DNA of 64,000 nucleotides, taken from contig OZ316891.1 in NCBI GenBank assembly GCA_973895155.1, forward strand, positions 8,867,875 to 8,931,874, in the 5' to 3' direction. The notes beneath the pieces were generated by a model, which had not been told where the DNA came from, did not search any database, and saw only the letters and a program-made list of their open reading frames with translations. Shown in pieces: positions 12,221 to 24,970 of the stretch. The first letter of the stretch is position 1. Each line of letters begins with the position of its first letter. The stretch comes from Marsupella aquatica. Taxonomy: Eukaryota; Plantae; Marchantiophyta. Both the position numbers and the translations under genes were made by a program.

Positions 12221-15032
12221 TTATTCTTTGAACCCTTCAATCATAGCCATACCGCCTGGCATCTGAACTACGTTACAACGTGGAAATCCAGCAGCTCCCA
12301 GAATCGCTTGGTACTCCTCCTTGCTTCTCTCCCGGGCACCCTTCAAATACGTCAGCATCATTAGGTCCATACACGCAACATATTTACCCCGAATGTTGTT
12401 GTCATGCTTGTCCTTGAGACACTCGGCTAGGATTACCTTCCCGTTCTTTGCCGGGAGTGCTTTCCAACAATTCTTAAGGATTTGGATGGCTTCTTCATCT
12501 CCATAGTTGTGTATAATCCACTGCATTACGAGTCCCAAGGCGATGAGTAATAAGACGATTGTCAGAGAGTGTTATTCCCGGTGTTATTGTTGTTATTTAC
12601 TTAAGGTTTCGATCGACGCTGGCAAAAATGAAAGAATATTTTAATTTAAGAGTCTACTTGTAGGCACGATCGATACATGAAGAAACAGTGTTGCATTCTA
12701 TCTGTTTTCTTGCACACGATCGGACAATCACCGTATCGCCTTTAATTAGCTACGAACGAGAAAACACGAGACTGAGCCATGCCAAGAAAGTTTGGGACAT
12801 GCACCATTCAATAAGTACGTACACATAAAACGAACGTTAAGGTTCTTGCATTCAGAAGTGGGGAGTAAAGTACGAACCTTAAGAAACAATGCGTCTCCTG
12901 ATGGCACACTCTCGAAGAAACTGCCTCCTACATGCTGCACACCTGAGTCACAGAAATTTTGGAGATAAATTCACCTTATTTGTAATTAAATACTAACACT
13001 TAGAAATATCCCTCTATATTTAAGATATATGTTCGTCATCTATGTACATTTGAATTGGATGATTGTGCTGTCTTCGGAAGATGACAAAGAAGCTCCCGTA
13101 CATCAGTAATTGAAACTAAGCTTGGACAGTGTAGATAAATTAAGCGAAGGGAACAAATTTAAGAGCTTGACGATCAAGATTGGAACGGGGATAGCTGAGA
13201 ACCGCGCACCATTTACTGCCGGAACTGTGGCAATAACAGATGGCAGGTCGAAATTGATGCCTTTGATATGTGGGTTGTTAGCAACAACCTGAGATACAAA
13301 GTGTCCCGCCGATCCTCCCACGTCGACCAGAGTTTTCACACCGTCGAGCACACCCGAATGCAGCAAACTCTCCAACGCTCCTTCCAAGAACACGTTGCTG
13401 TTGGAGTCCATCGCCTTTCGGAACACTGACTGCGACCCCACGGTCGGTTTATGCTCGTAAACAGTCACTCCGTACACTTTCATAAAGGCAGTGGTAGTCT
13501 CATCTAGAACGGCTTCCGGCAAGTAAAGCTCACAAGGAACAGCAGATGGGCTTTGGACCAAATCTGCACAAAATGGCCAGCGGGATAAATAGATCTACAT
13601 TAATTAGAATTTACCAAATGCTTAACACACTCGGGTACCAGAGTATAATTACCAGGAATACATTATACCAGGAATACTCCTGATAGTTTTCCAAGTAGGT
13701 GACCAACAAAGGTTTATTTCTCTTCGCTACGATCAGATTAAAGAACTCTAAATCGAGCAAGCGTGAATCGCTTAGTTGCATATCAAATGTTCCGTTCAGT
13801 TAGCTTTCATACTGCGGTACCCACATGATCGATCTGTAACAGGAATCCAGATTATGACGAACCTCAATTCTCAATTAGGAAAATGGTTGCGAGATTAAAT
13901 TGGGATTTGTCACTCCAGTAGTAAAACTTAATACAATTTGTCAGTACTAAGGAAATGATTTCTGCACGCGTGAAACCTTTCTTTAGATCGATCAAATGCC
14001 CTTGAATCGACGGCCAGTGTCCATGAATCATGACAGGCGGGCATTTGAGACTTTGACGATGGCTTATATACTAGCTTGTCCGCATGGCACTAGCAAATAA
14101 TCATACTGACTAGCTAGAGTATGTATCAACGTTACTATTGGTTAGAGCTATGCATCCAGGCTGAGATGGTTACCGAAAAGCTCTTGGACCAATCTTTTGC
14201 GACCTTAACTCAAGATACGTTCGTCGCATACGAGAAGGCCATCCAGATTGCTACTGGCTGTCTAGCAAGGAAGTTTCCACATGCGTAGGTGACAAATGAT
14301 TTTAGAATAAACTCCTACAGCAAAATTATGCACCTGTTCGATGGGATGAGCTTCGTGTGTCGTGGCTTGCTACTTACAAATGCCCTTATATTTGCGTCCT
14401 TCTTTCAGGGCAGGATCAAGGATAACATAGAATTGATCGATGAGTTGTGAAGGTACGTACCCACCTGCAAAGGGTGCGATGCTCAACGGATTTCCTCTGA
14501 CGAACCATTGGGAGACTTCGTTAAGGCCATAAACAGGTTGCTCATCGCCGTCCAGAGATTCACTGAAGAGCCCTTCTCTCACTAAGGGCCCGAGGAGGCG
14601 CTGCAAATTCTGAACCACGGTAGGTCCTGCAGGAGTGGATTTGGTTGGCAGCTGCCGTAGAATTTCCTCGGCCGACATGGGCTTTCTCCCTTGCGCACTA
14701 GCGAGGATGTCTGGGACACCTAGCTTAAGTATGGTCTGGAGCGCCATGGAAATGAGTCTTGAGAAGATCAGATTCTGTGCCACGAGGTGGCTGGAATCGA
14801 TTTGTGATGTCCTTGCATCATTGATGCTGCTCATCGTGGCCATGGTTGTAAGTTTGTCCACATATCGCCTCGCGCAGACCACAGAGCCCGCCACAGAGTA
14901 GGGTTGAAGAGCCCCGATGCGGAAACGCCCATAACTCGGCAACCACAAGTCGTTTGTGCGAGCTTGAGACGGCGTTATGAACGGGCGGCCGAGCCCTTCA
15001 AGGTGCCGCTGAGGGAAGGAAATGCACGACAT
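12221..15032 (-). CDS. COMT-like SAM-dependent methyltransferase, copy 2; 4 exons, 428 aa
   Basis: Exons 15032-14465, 13563-13210, 12942-12878, 12520-12221; GT-AG; 1287 nt in frame. Motifs LVDVGGSAG, GINFDLP, VGGSFFESVPSGDALFLKWIIHNY, GARERS. Confidence 0.93.
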
Positions 15033-17109
15033 TTGTTTAGGAGGAAGATCAATGCCAGTACTATCGGACCCTCACGACCAAAGTTGCAAGCCACACGTAC
15101 CAGATTTCTCAATACTCTTTGTGGTCTCGATGATCCAAATCTAGTCAAGGTAGTGGATGAATCTGGTTTTATACTACAAATGTACAGCAGAAGTGAACGA
15201 AGAAACCGATCGAGAATTCAGTGGTTTTTGGGGGATCTGTTGAAATATTGAGTATTATAGTGAAGCACAACTTATGCGTGCAACTCAAACATTGATTGTT
15301 GTCTCTTCGACGCAATTGACTCAATTCCTACTACTCCGGACGTTGCTGTCGAGAAAAGTAAGGTGGGATATTTGGTGCTCCTACAGGCCTCTCGTTTCGA
15401 GACAGCAAAATTTTAAATGGGAGATACCAAAATTAATGCCAATCCATTGCTATTGAGACAGCACGTAAAGTACTTTGCCATTGGGTGGGTATCTCGCTGG
15501 AGATACATAGCAATGAATCTATCAGAATCCTTCTTCCCTTCAACCTGTGAATATTCTCCTTGCTAGCAGAAAATTTTGTGTGCTTGCATCATACCATACC
15601 TGACTTATTATCAATCTTTGTATCATGGAAAACTGTAATATTATAGTACTTTGGAGGATACTCGCTTCTGTTTTGGATCCTTCGAGTTAAGATCCTCTAC
15701 AGTAGCTGGCGACAGTATTGAGAGCAAATTGTTATCCCGATTGTGGCCTTTTGTGTGGAGATTAACTTGACAACAGAGCACCAAATGAATATTAAAGTGG
15801 GCCCATTGTCATCTTCTAACAACCATGATTCTTAGATTTATAACTTTCTGCAGCAATGACCTGTTATTTATCTTTGGAATGAATACGATCATTCTATTGG
15901 ACGTTGGATATTCCATCCAGGTTTGGCCGTCACTGTCTGGATTCTCCTCAGCTGGCTACGTGCACAAAAGTTTCAGTGGAAAAATAAAAAAACCTAAGCT
16001 TTTTCCAACTTGGTGATAAATTTATCATTTCTGGTCGCGTTTTGTAGTTCTGGGGATGATGATTAGACAGTGGGTGATTGGTTCACTTTACTCAAAAAGA
16101 ATCTGCAAGGTCTGATTGCCATTGTGTTAGTGCAAAATTAATGTTAATGCTACTATTTGTTTTTAGTTTATTGAGGTGGATAAGTAACATTTTTTAAAGT
16201 ACCATACCTTTGAGTAAGTGTTTTCCAACCAAATTTCAATGATATTCTTAGCTCAATTCAGATAGTAGTCCTTTCCTTCTCCTTAGGTTCCCATCAATCT
16301 TGTCATCCACCTTTACTAAGTTGCCACCCTTTTCCATCTCTTATTAAGTTCGCTTGACTTGTGTGCAATTCCAAGAACCCACAATTGGACAGTCAAGTCA
16401 ATCACATTGCTTTTAAAGGCAATAATGCATACCAAATTCAGTAAATCCCTGGTATTTGCTCCGTCCGAATCACTTAGTGTAAAACCCCTAAAACCTCGGG
16501 GGCCTCAGTATACAGAAGACCCCATATCACGTTCGACGTTTTGGGTCCTTGTGACCCTAACTTATTAAGTAAATTTTTTTCCCCCTCTCTATTATACTTA
16601 TAAGAATTTCAAATCATAAGATTTTGACCCCTAAAAACAGTTAAGTAAAGTTTTATAGTCAATTAAACATACCATAGTAAGAAAAGAAAAGTTTTTCAAT
16701 TGCACACCTTTCTCAAGTCTTCGAGCAGTAATATCTCCTTTGGCGTCAATATCTCATGCAAAATTTATAATATATACTATTGATGCTTCCACTATATATA
16801 GAATCTCAAATCTAGTAGAAGCTTCAGCAATTATATACAATATGAGTTATTCATATTTGCATTGTTCGCTGCTTGAATATCACATGCGAACTATAGGTGC
16901 AACAAAAGGGAATCTCCCAATATTCAAAATCTTTATATGATGAAATCTTTACATGATTGTTTCTTTTTGAATGGTGAGTGTACATGCATGTGGTAGAGGG
17001 GAATTGAACCCCTGATTGAGCAATAAGCTCAAGTATCCAAATCTGCCACCCCCTAGCCTATCCTCTGTATCTACAAAAACCAAATGTTGCCATGACTATT
17101 TGATGCAAA

Positions 17110-20100
17110 TCATTGAACTCTAGACATGGTGTCCAAATAAGTATCCAAAGCTTGTTTATCGACTCGGTCTAACACATACACTAAGCCAATCCCTTGTTTC
17201 ATGGTTAGTGTAACACTAGTCATCACCATTTCTATATCAATCCATTGCAAATCAGTTGTATCATAGGTGAATTCAACCTTATTTGAGTTTGTTGGCTTAT
17301 ACCAATTGAACAAGAATTGACAAATACTCCCTGTGTGTCCATGGGGAGATGTTGGCTTGTCAAGTAGATCAATAGCAGATCTCACTCTAGTCCATTGTCC
17401 CTTAATTTTGTCTCATCATCATAATACGACCAAGCCAAAATTCTTTCTTTGCTTGCAGTGTTGGTTCCTCAATCCTAGCTTTACCTCTTCCCTTACCTTT
17501 ACCCTTCTTTGATCTTGTAGAAGGCCCTACCACATTAGCACTTTCAACTGCTACTCCACAATCACTTCCAACATCAACAAAACAGGTCAGTCACACTATT
17601 AGGATCACATTGTTTCCTCTTACCAAGATTATAATATGCCACTTGCTTTACCCTTGTGAGCCGCCCTATCCTTGGACAAATGAGGATTACCCACCAGTTG
17701 ACTCACCAAAGTTGATTTGTAAATTGTCCTGCCCTCATAAGTAACAGTAGGACAAACTTTCTTCTTAATTTTCTGGCACAGAACTGTGAATAGACTCTGT
17801 AAGTCAGCCACAACAGAAGACAACACATGACGAACCTCATGCCCCAAAGTATCAACCTCTACAGAATGAGGTTCTAGTATGTCCACCCCATCCTGCAAGA
17901 CATCCTCAGGAATGGTTAGTTCATCTGTCAACCATGCATCAATTCGATTTAAATCTTCCTCAGGGTCTTCAAATTCATGAAATTCTCCTTCTGGACGAGG
18001 TCCAATTGGAGATCTATGCTCTACATGATCTTTAGAATCATCAACAACAACTGCCTCTGCTAATACAGCTGATTCTGGCCATGTCTAAACTTCCACATCC
18101 CAAGGGTGAGTCCACCACCGCCTTCTTGCTATTGGCAGATCACTTCTGGGAGACATTTGCAACCTTCTTACTTAGGAACTCTTTTGCTTCTTCAAATCCT
18201 TCTTTCAAGGCTGCAACCACCAACTCATTAGTTTGTACTTCAGAATAGTCAAAAAGATTAGGTGCATCTTCACCTTCAAGTAAAGGATGAAGCTTGGCCC
18301 ACACATGATCTTGTTTTTTATGTGATCGAGCTACTTTCAGGCCCTCTAGTCCACATTCTAATCCAGCAAGATGATTTAACCCAATAGCACTATCCAGCAA
18401 AGAGCCAAAATCATAATTTCTCTCATGGCCACTCATTCCACCTACCTTGCTAAAAAAGATCTCGCAACAATCAGAACCCAACTCATGAAATGAAATACAC
18501 AAATGAGAGAACTTATCACGAAAAGCACATACAAGCAATACAATAAACTGGCAAGACATATTAACATCATGAAAAGCTTGGATTGATCGAAATCATGTTT
18601 TTTTCTGTATGTGAAGCAACATTTCCACCTACAGCATGATCACCATACCTCAACCACAACCTCCATAACAAAAAAAACCAAGAAACTTTGGCTGCCAACT
18701 TCACTCTAGTCCTCAGGTTATGTTTCTGGGAATAGAAAATGTCAATGTAGTCTGCACAAATCTGTAGATACAACTTACTCTGTCCCCAAACTTCTTTCAT
18801 ACAACAGATCAGTTCTTCCATGCAAATCTGCTAAACATGCACGTACCTTCTCTGATGCTATCCTCTAGAGGGACCAGCCCAGTTTTGACGATCAGATCTG
18901 TTCACATCATCCCAATTCAACCCATGTTGATGGATTGGATAATGATTATAATACACATTACGAACATGAAACAAAGAAGCATGTTGGTCTCCAAGTGCCA
19001 TTATAGAGGACACTCGATCTAGTGGGTTAATCAACTTCTTCCCATTGTGAGGCTGATCTTGATCACCAAAACCATACAACTTGTCCCCATTAGGCAATAT
19101 GGCAACAGAGTAAGGCCATCCTTCCCACCCTACACAAAATAGAGGATAAGAGCCATTTGCTCCTCTGTAATCTTCTAACATCAATTTTCTACGTCTAGCA
19201 TCACCATCACTAGCATGCCCAAGCAAAGGACCTACAAACTCTCTGCAATGCACATCCCAAGATTCTTTCAATTGCACCCAATGCTCTCTGACCCATTCTG
19301 CCTTAAACTTGTTACAGGTTGATATAGCACAAAGGGCTAACTTTGGCATTCCAACATGTAATGGATTCACAATGACAACTCTAGCATACATGCCCTTGTT
19401 ATACTCTTCAAACGTATTTACAATCTTGTTATAGCCATCCTCACCATCACCTAAAAGAACTTCTGATCCAAATTCACAGGTGTGCCCATCCTTATGTCCA
19501 CAGAAACCAATCAGAGTATCATATTTGGCCTCCCACCTGCAAAGTGCCTAGTGAAAACTAACGAGATTCAATAATTGGTAAACCTACATGTAAACAATCA
19601 AAAACAATCTTTACTTCCAATTGTTACAATATGCAAACACACCTTGGGCTTTCCTTGATCCTGGTTTCATCCTCTGCAAGCAAAATAAGTACATCCCCTT
19701 GAATTCCCAACATGTCCTTTGCAGTAGACAGAATCCTAGCCACCTCCTTGAATGTTTCTGGTCTAATACCAGCACAAAATTGGACAAATTTTTCTCTGTC
19801 TTGTTTCAATGTCTTCAGGCTTGGCCCAGCTAAGTTTCTTGCAAAAACATGGGCCACCTGCCGACCTCCATATTGAAACATAGCTTGAGCTATGGCTTTT
19901 GTTTTCGGACTGTACCAAAACCCCTTGCATTTCTCTCCAAATTTCTACTTGCATTCTTCAAGAAATCCCAAAGACATTCTTTTCCACCAAATGCACCATT
20001 CCTATGACCATTGACAATGCTCCTCAAAAAAAGTCTCAAATCTTTTTTGTCTGCAGCTACTCCTAACAGTTCCTGCAATTTTCTCTTCCTAGACAGTACT

Positions 20101-21437
20101 AAGGGCACACACTTTTTGAGTCTAGAGTGCCAACAACCATCTCTCTTTTCTCCTCTTGACATTCAGACCATTCATTTGTATGGTCAACTCTAGACGTGTC
20201 AAATAACGTGCATTCAAACCACCTTGTGTACTTCTTTCCCCTTCTCTTTGCTAAAGCCTTCGCTTCCCTGTGCACCCGCCCATGAAAGTCATCTTCTAGT
20301 GTTATAGCATGACATCTACTGCAAGTTAGGTCGACAAACCCCCCACCATACAAGGATAGCCTGCAACAATGTTTATGCCTAAATAGCCCTTCTACATGTA
20401 CAATAGAATTTGTGTTTGGATTGTAGACATCTATAGAGGCTGAAACATCTAAATCCCATACATGTCCTCCACGTTGATCATGCAAGATACCCTTGACAGC
20501 ATACTTCACATTCTTCCACTCAACATGTTCATCCCATATACCCCAACAGAGCAAACTTAAGCCCAAATCAATGTCTACAGACCACCTATGCCAAAGCTAC
20601 TCCTTGCATTGGAAGCATCCTCGAAGAATTTTAAAATTGAATTCTGTGAAGGATGTTGATCCCTCTCATCTGGCTTCCTTGGTCTGCCCCTCTTTCCAGA
20701 TCTCAATGCAAGTTCAGTAGTATTCTCTCTGGCTTCAACTACATCCAGGTGACCCGACTGACCAAGTGTGTCCTCAGGTTGTGATCCAAAGTCCCTTTCT
20801 TACAAACCAAATCCATGACTGCCCCACAGACTTTACAGCGAACCTTATACAGGAATCACTTGTTTGCATTATTGGCTAAACCAGGCACAGGGGGCACATG
20901 AAATAACTCATCATCACCTCCACACTCAGCATTCAGATTCTGTACTATCTCTAGGCCAGTTGCTATTGCCCCCTCATAATCAAACTCAGGCTTCTATGCA
21001 AGATCTGAAGGCTTCACCCTAGTCATAGCAACACCCCTTCTCCTACAAAAATTGTCTTTGTGTTTAGCAAAGGTGAGGTGCTTGGTCTTAAAATTGCTGA
21101 AAAGATTAGCAATTGACTTCTTATCTTGGGAATTGTCTGCCCTGCCATAGACCACTCTACACTCAAGACACTCTAGATGGCCTCTCACATCCTCTCCTTC
21201 ATCCCATGTTTTAATTCTCCAATTGTGATCTTTATACCCATTCTTGTAAATCCACTTCTCTAGTCTTGTAAATTCATCATTCCAGACTTTAACAGATGCG
21301 TGCCTTAGACATGAGAATAGACTCAAAAGAAGATCTGACTGGGGGAGCTTCTTGAAGTTGTTCACCCTGTGAAGAGTTGGACATTGCACCTGCTTGGGTG
21401 ACAGCATCAGAAACTGATGGAAACTGTGTTCTACCAT
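17110..21437 (-). pseudogene. P-element/THAP9-like DDE transposase with N-terminal Cys/His zinc-finger-like modules; frameshifted
   Basis: Ordered motifs across ORF fragments: LLAEDETRIK (D1), GHASDGDARRR (D2), DQPHNGKKLINPL (DxxH), DRQNW (insertion domain), GSDCCEIFFSKVGG (E). An intron at ~19537-19642 joins KESPR|WEAKYDTLIGFCG. CxxC..H..H at 20994-21437. Several frameshifts. Confidence 0.72.
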
Positions 21438-21966
21438 TTGGCAGTGATCCTATTTGTTCAATGACAGCAACTTTTCCATGCATCCAATTCAAACAGCTCA
21501 GTCATTTTCTCACTCTTGACCTTCATGTGACCAGGAAGCCTATAATCCCAGAAATCAAAATCAAAATCAACCAAATCAGGAATTCAACTTCAAAAATCAG
21601 CTAAAGTTTGTCCTTCTTTGAAAGCCAACACAGCTATAGGCTCTTCATCTTTCCCATCAGTGACCACATCCCTCTTTTTGTGAAGTAATTTTACAAACTG
21701 GGTAGCCATTTCAACCAATTTTTTCAAGTTAAAGCATCAAGGGTCCTAATAACAATCAGTCAGATAAGGAACCTGCCATACAGACTGAACCTGACATACA
21801 ACACAATGGACAAAACAATACAACATGTATTAGATATTACTCCAAAATAGTTCGAAAAAGCTTTTGATCACCAAATTTGATGACCAACACAAACAAAATC
21901 TTGTTCATGATTGCTCCTGTGATTAGCCTAGTGATTAAGTTTGCTTGTACCAAAGCAATTCTATCA

Positions 21967-22699
21967 TTATATTTCACAGCCTCTAAGAGGTATGGGGTTG
22001 CATAGGAACCAATTCGCCCTCAGGTATTGCATGCCTAGATGGCAATAAATAAAACACCACCCTTCCACATCCCACTGGTCCCTGCCCTTCACACATCTCC
22101 TGAGGTGTTTAGCACACCCAGGTGTCTCATCATGGCACCAACTGCGAGGGCACCTGCAACATTGTACAAAGTCCTTAATCCCATCTTTGTAGACTTTACA
22201 GTACTCACAAAAATGCCTTGGGCACAATAGATTTTTTGGACTTGCTGCATGAGACCTTTGGGGCAGTGCCCCGACCATAAGTAACACTCTCAGGCAGCCA
22301 GGGTGGTAATGGGAAAAACAATCAGGGTGGGCACAGTGGAGCACAAGAGACTCCTCTACTGTGGGATGTTCAAATCTGCCAATGAGTCCACAAGCAAAGC
22401 ATCTAGCTCTGCCGGCAGAACACAATTGGCAAACCCAAGGTGCCCTCCAATCATTGTTTTCCTGAAGGCAATGTGATAGGAGTGCAAATGGCCCCCTGCA
22501 TACCTTCTCCACCAACAAAGTGAAAATGTCTACTGCAAGGCCCGTCACAAAATACCACATCATCTGTCTCATCACAAAAGAAACAGCAAGGGGGATCCAT
22601 GCGGTGGTGCTCCTTATGGGAAAATATGTCAATCCGTGGCACATCAAAAGCCATGTTGACTTGCCGGATAGGGATTTTACCTTTGCACAACAGATCCAT
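21967..22699 (-). pseudogene. EDM2/NSD-like tandem PHD-finger cassette inside the P-like element (one frameshift at ~22510)
   Basis: CFFCDETDDVVFCDGPCSRHFH ... WVCQLCSAGRARCFACG ... CAHPDCFSHYHPGC ... CPRHFCEYC ... FVQCCRCPRSWCH. The Cys/His order is the same as in the composite PHD region of Arabidopsis EDM2 and animal NSD1-3. Confidence 0.75.
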
Positions 22700-23457
22700 T
22701 CACTCAGCATTGATATTGCAGCCCCTCAATAGTCATCCCTTCAACATTGACCAACATATTCCTACTTATTTTGCAACTACGGACTAGGCATCTTGAGCGT
22801 AAGCACAATTACCTCAATTCTCTTCTCTAACAAGAGATACAACAAATGATGTTAGTTGTTTGAGGTCTACTCCTTCCACAAATTTTGGATCAAAACGTAT
22901 ATTGCTGAAGCTTCTGAGATGCTTCCACTACACCATAAACCAATCCATCCTGCAAGAAGAATTGAGAGCATGTTAACTTATGAGGTGAACTCGAGGACTG
23001 TTCAAACTGAGGCCACACTCATTCGTGGTGGAATTTAATTCCTTCATAAAGGACAGCTGCATGCTGTGGAGACTAAAAATAGAAAGTGATCAAACAATAA
23101 AGAACTTGAGCAAACAACTAAACTATTGATTCAAGTTGAGGCTGTTTCAACTACCTCAAGAAGCTGCCCTCTTTTTGAACGACCTGCACAACACAGTGCC
23201 AAACAAATTTCAGTCAAAGCCTCTATTTCTAAACTGACTTTCAGCAATCCATGGAATTCAGAGTTTCTGTCCAAGCGTTGTTGCTAGCTTAAAATGAGTT
23301 GGACTGCCACCTAAACAGGAGCTTTTAGTATGAACTGGACTAAGCCATCATTCGATCATGGATCCTTGCAAGCAGGACAACACATAAATCCGCTTGCAAA
23401 AGAGGGGAGGGGGGGGGGGAATACAGCATGGACTCTTTGAGAGCTCTAGCCAATCGC

Positions 23458-23737
23458 CTCGGGGGTCTCACTATATGGGAACCTCCCCATTGCCTGCGAC
23501 GTTTTTAGGCCTCGGACCCCCTAAAATGTAAGAATTTTTTATTATTTTTTAACCCCTATAAAGTTGGAATATTCTTGGAATATTCTAAAAATTGGATTAA
23601 AAAGACCCTAATGTTCTTATAAGTCTCAAAATTGAATTTAAAAGACTTTATTGTTAAGTCTTCGCTTAGAACCAATAAAATGACCCTATCCTTCGTCGCA
23701 CGTGATATGCCATTTTTGTGGAAGTGAAACCCCCGAG
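23458..23737. mobile_element. 280-bp MITE of the P-like family nested in the 9.2-kb element
   Basis: TIR CTCGGGGGTCTCAC / GTGAAACCCCCGAG. Exact 8-bp TSD CCAATCGC at 23450-23457 and 23738-23745. Confidence 0.92.
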
Positions 23738-23839
23738 CCAATCGCTCACCTGATCAAGGACAAAGGAGCTAGCTGGCTAACAAATAAAGCTATGTCTAAG
23801 CAAGGTCATTGCACATCTGACATTGGCATGGACTGTCAA

Positions 23840-24025
23840 AAGAGCAGCAAGAGATACAAAAAAGCAAGGTACAGAGCAACGAGATACAAATTAAGCAGCA
23901 AGGTATAGCGAGATACAAAGCAGCAAGGTACAGAGCAGCAAGATACAAAGCAACAAGGTACAGAGCAACAAGATACAAAGCAGCAAGGTAGAGAGCAGCG
24001 AGATACAAAGCAGCGAGCTATAGAG
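23840..24025. repeat. 15/30-bp tandem repeat (agatacaaagcagcaaggtacagagcaaca)
   Basis: Directly visible; it generates the spurious (LYLAA)n ORFs. Confidence 0.85.
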
Positions 24026-24224
24026 CATGTAGTGAGCTACAAAGCAGCGATGAGATGCATTGTAAGAGAGGTTTCTTTGTGGAGCAGAAGGTAGCAACAA
24101 GTAAAATTGAAAACAAATGAGCCGTGCCCTTACATTCACGAGTGCAATTTATTCATAAAGGACACACAAGAAGGGCATTTTGAACACACCAAGAGCAATG
24201 GATAGAAAACTCCACCGATAGTAG

Positions 24225-24970
24225 GTTTGCCCGATGACAACTTCGCTTAATCACAGGTTTGCCAATGACAGCTTTGCTCGATCACAGGTTTGCCCGATCA
24301 AAGCTTCGCCCCTTCACAGATTTGCCCGATCCAACGTAGCCTGATGCCAACTTTGCTTCACCACTACTGCCAGCTTCTCGATTGCCCCTTGATCGCAACA
24401 GTCTAATCAAATCGCCCACAATCATAGCAGCCCGATCAAATCTTGCACCCCCCGATCACAGCAGCTCCACAAATCTTGCACCCCCCGATCACAGCAGCTC
24501 CATCAAATCTTGCCCCCCCCCCGATCACAGCAGCTCCAACAGTAGGTCAATGTAAAGTTGCCCCCAATCACAATAGCTCAATCAAAAGTCGCAGCTCCCC
24601 GATTACAGACTAAGTAGCTCTCCGATCAGAGTAGCTCTGGCAGTAGCTCAACGTAAAGTCACCCCCAATCACACCAGCTTGATTGAATCTTGTCCCCCAA
24701 TCACAGCAGCTCAATCAAAAGCTGCAAGGCCCCGATCACAGCAGCTCAATCAAAAGCTGTACCCCCCGATCACGGTAGCTCAATGAAAAGTTGCAGCCCC
24801 GGCCCTGATCAGCAGCTCAATTGAAAGTTGCAGCCCTGCCCCGATCACAGCAGCTCAATGTAAAGTTGCAGCCCCGGTCCCGATCAGCAGCTCAATTGAA
24901 AGTCGTGCGCAGCCCCGCCCCGATCACAATAGCTCGATGTAAAGTTGCCCCCCGATCACAGCAGCTCCAT
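24225..24970. repeat. Subterminal repeat array (cccgatcacagcagctcaa..aaagttgc)
   Basis: More than 12 imperfect ~30-40 bp units, ~0.7 kb from the right terminus. Confidence 0.85.
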
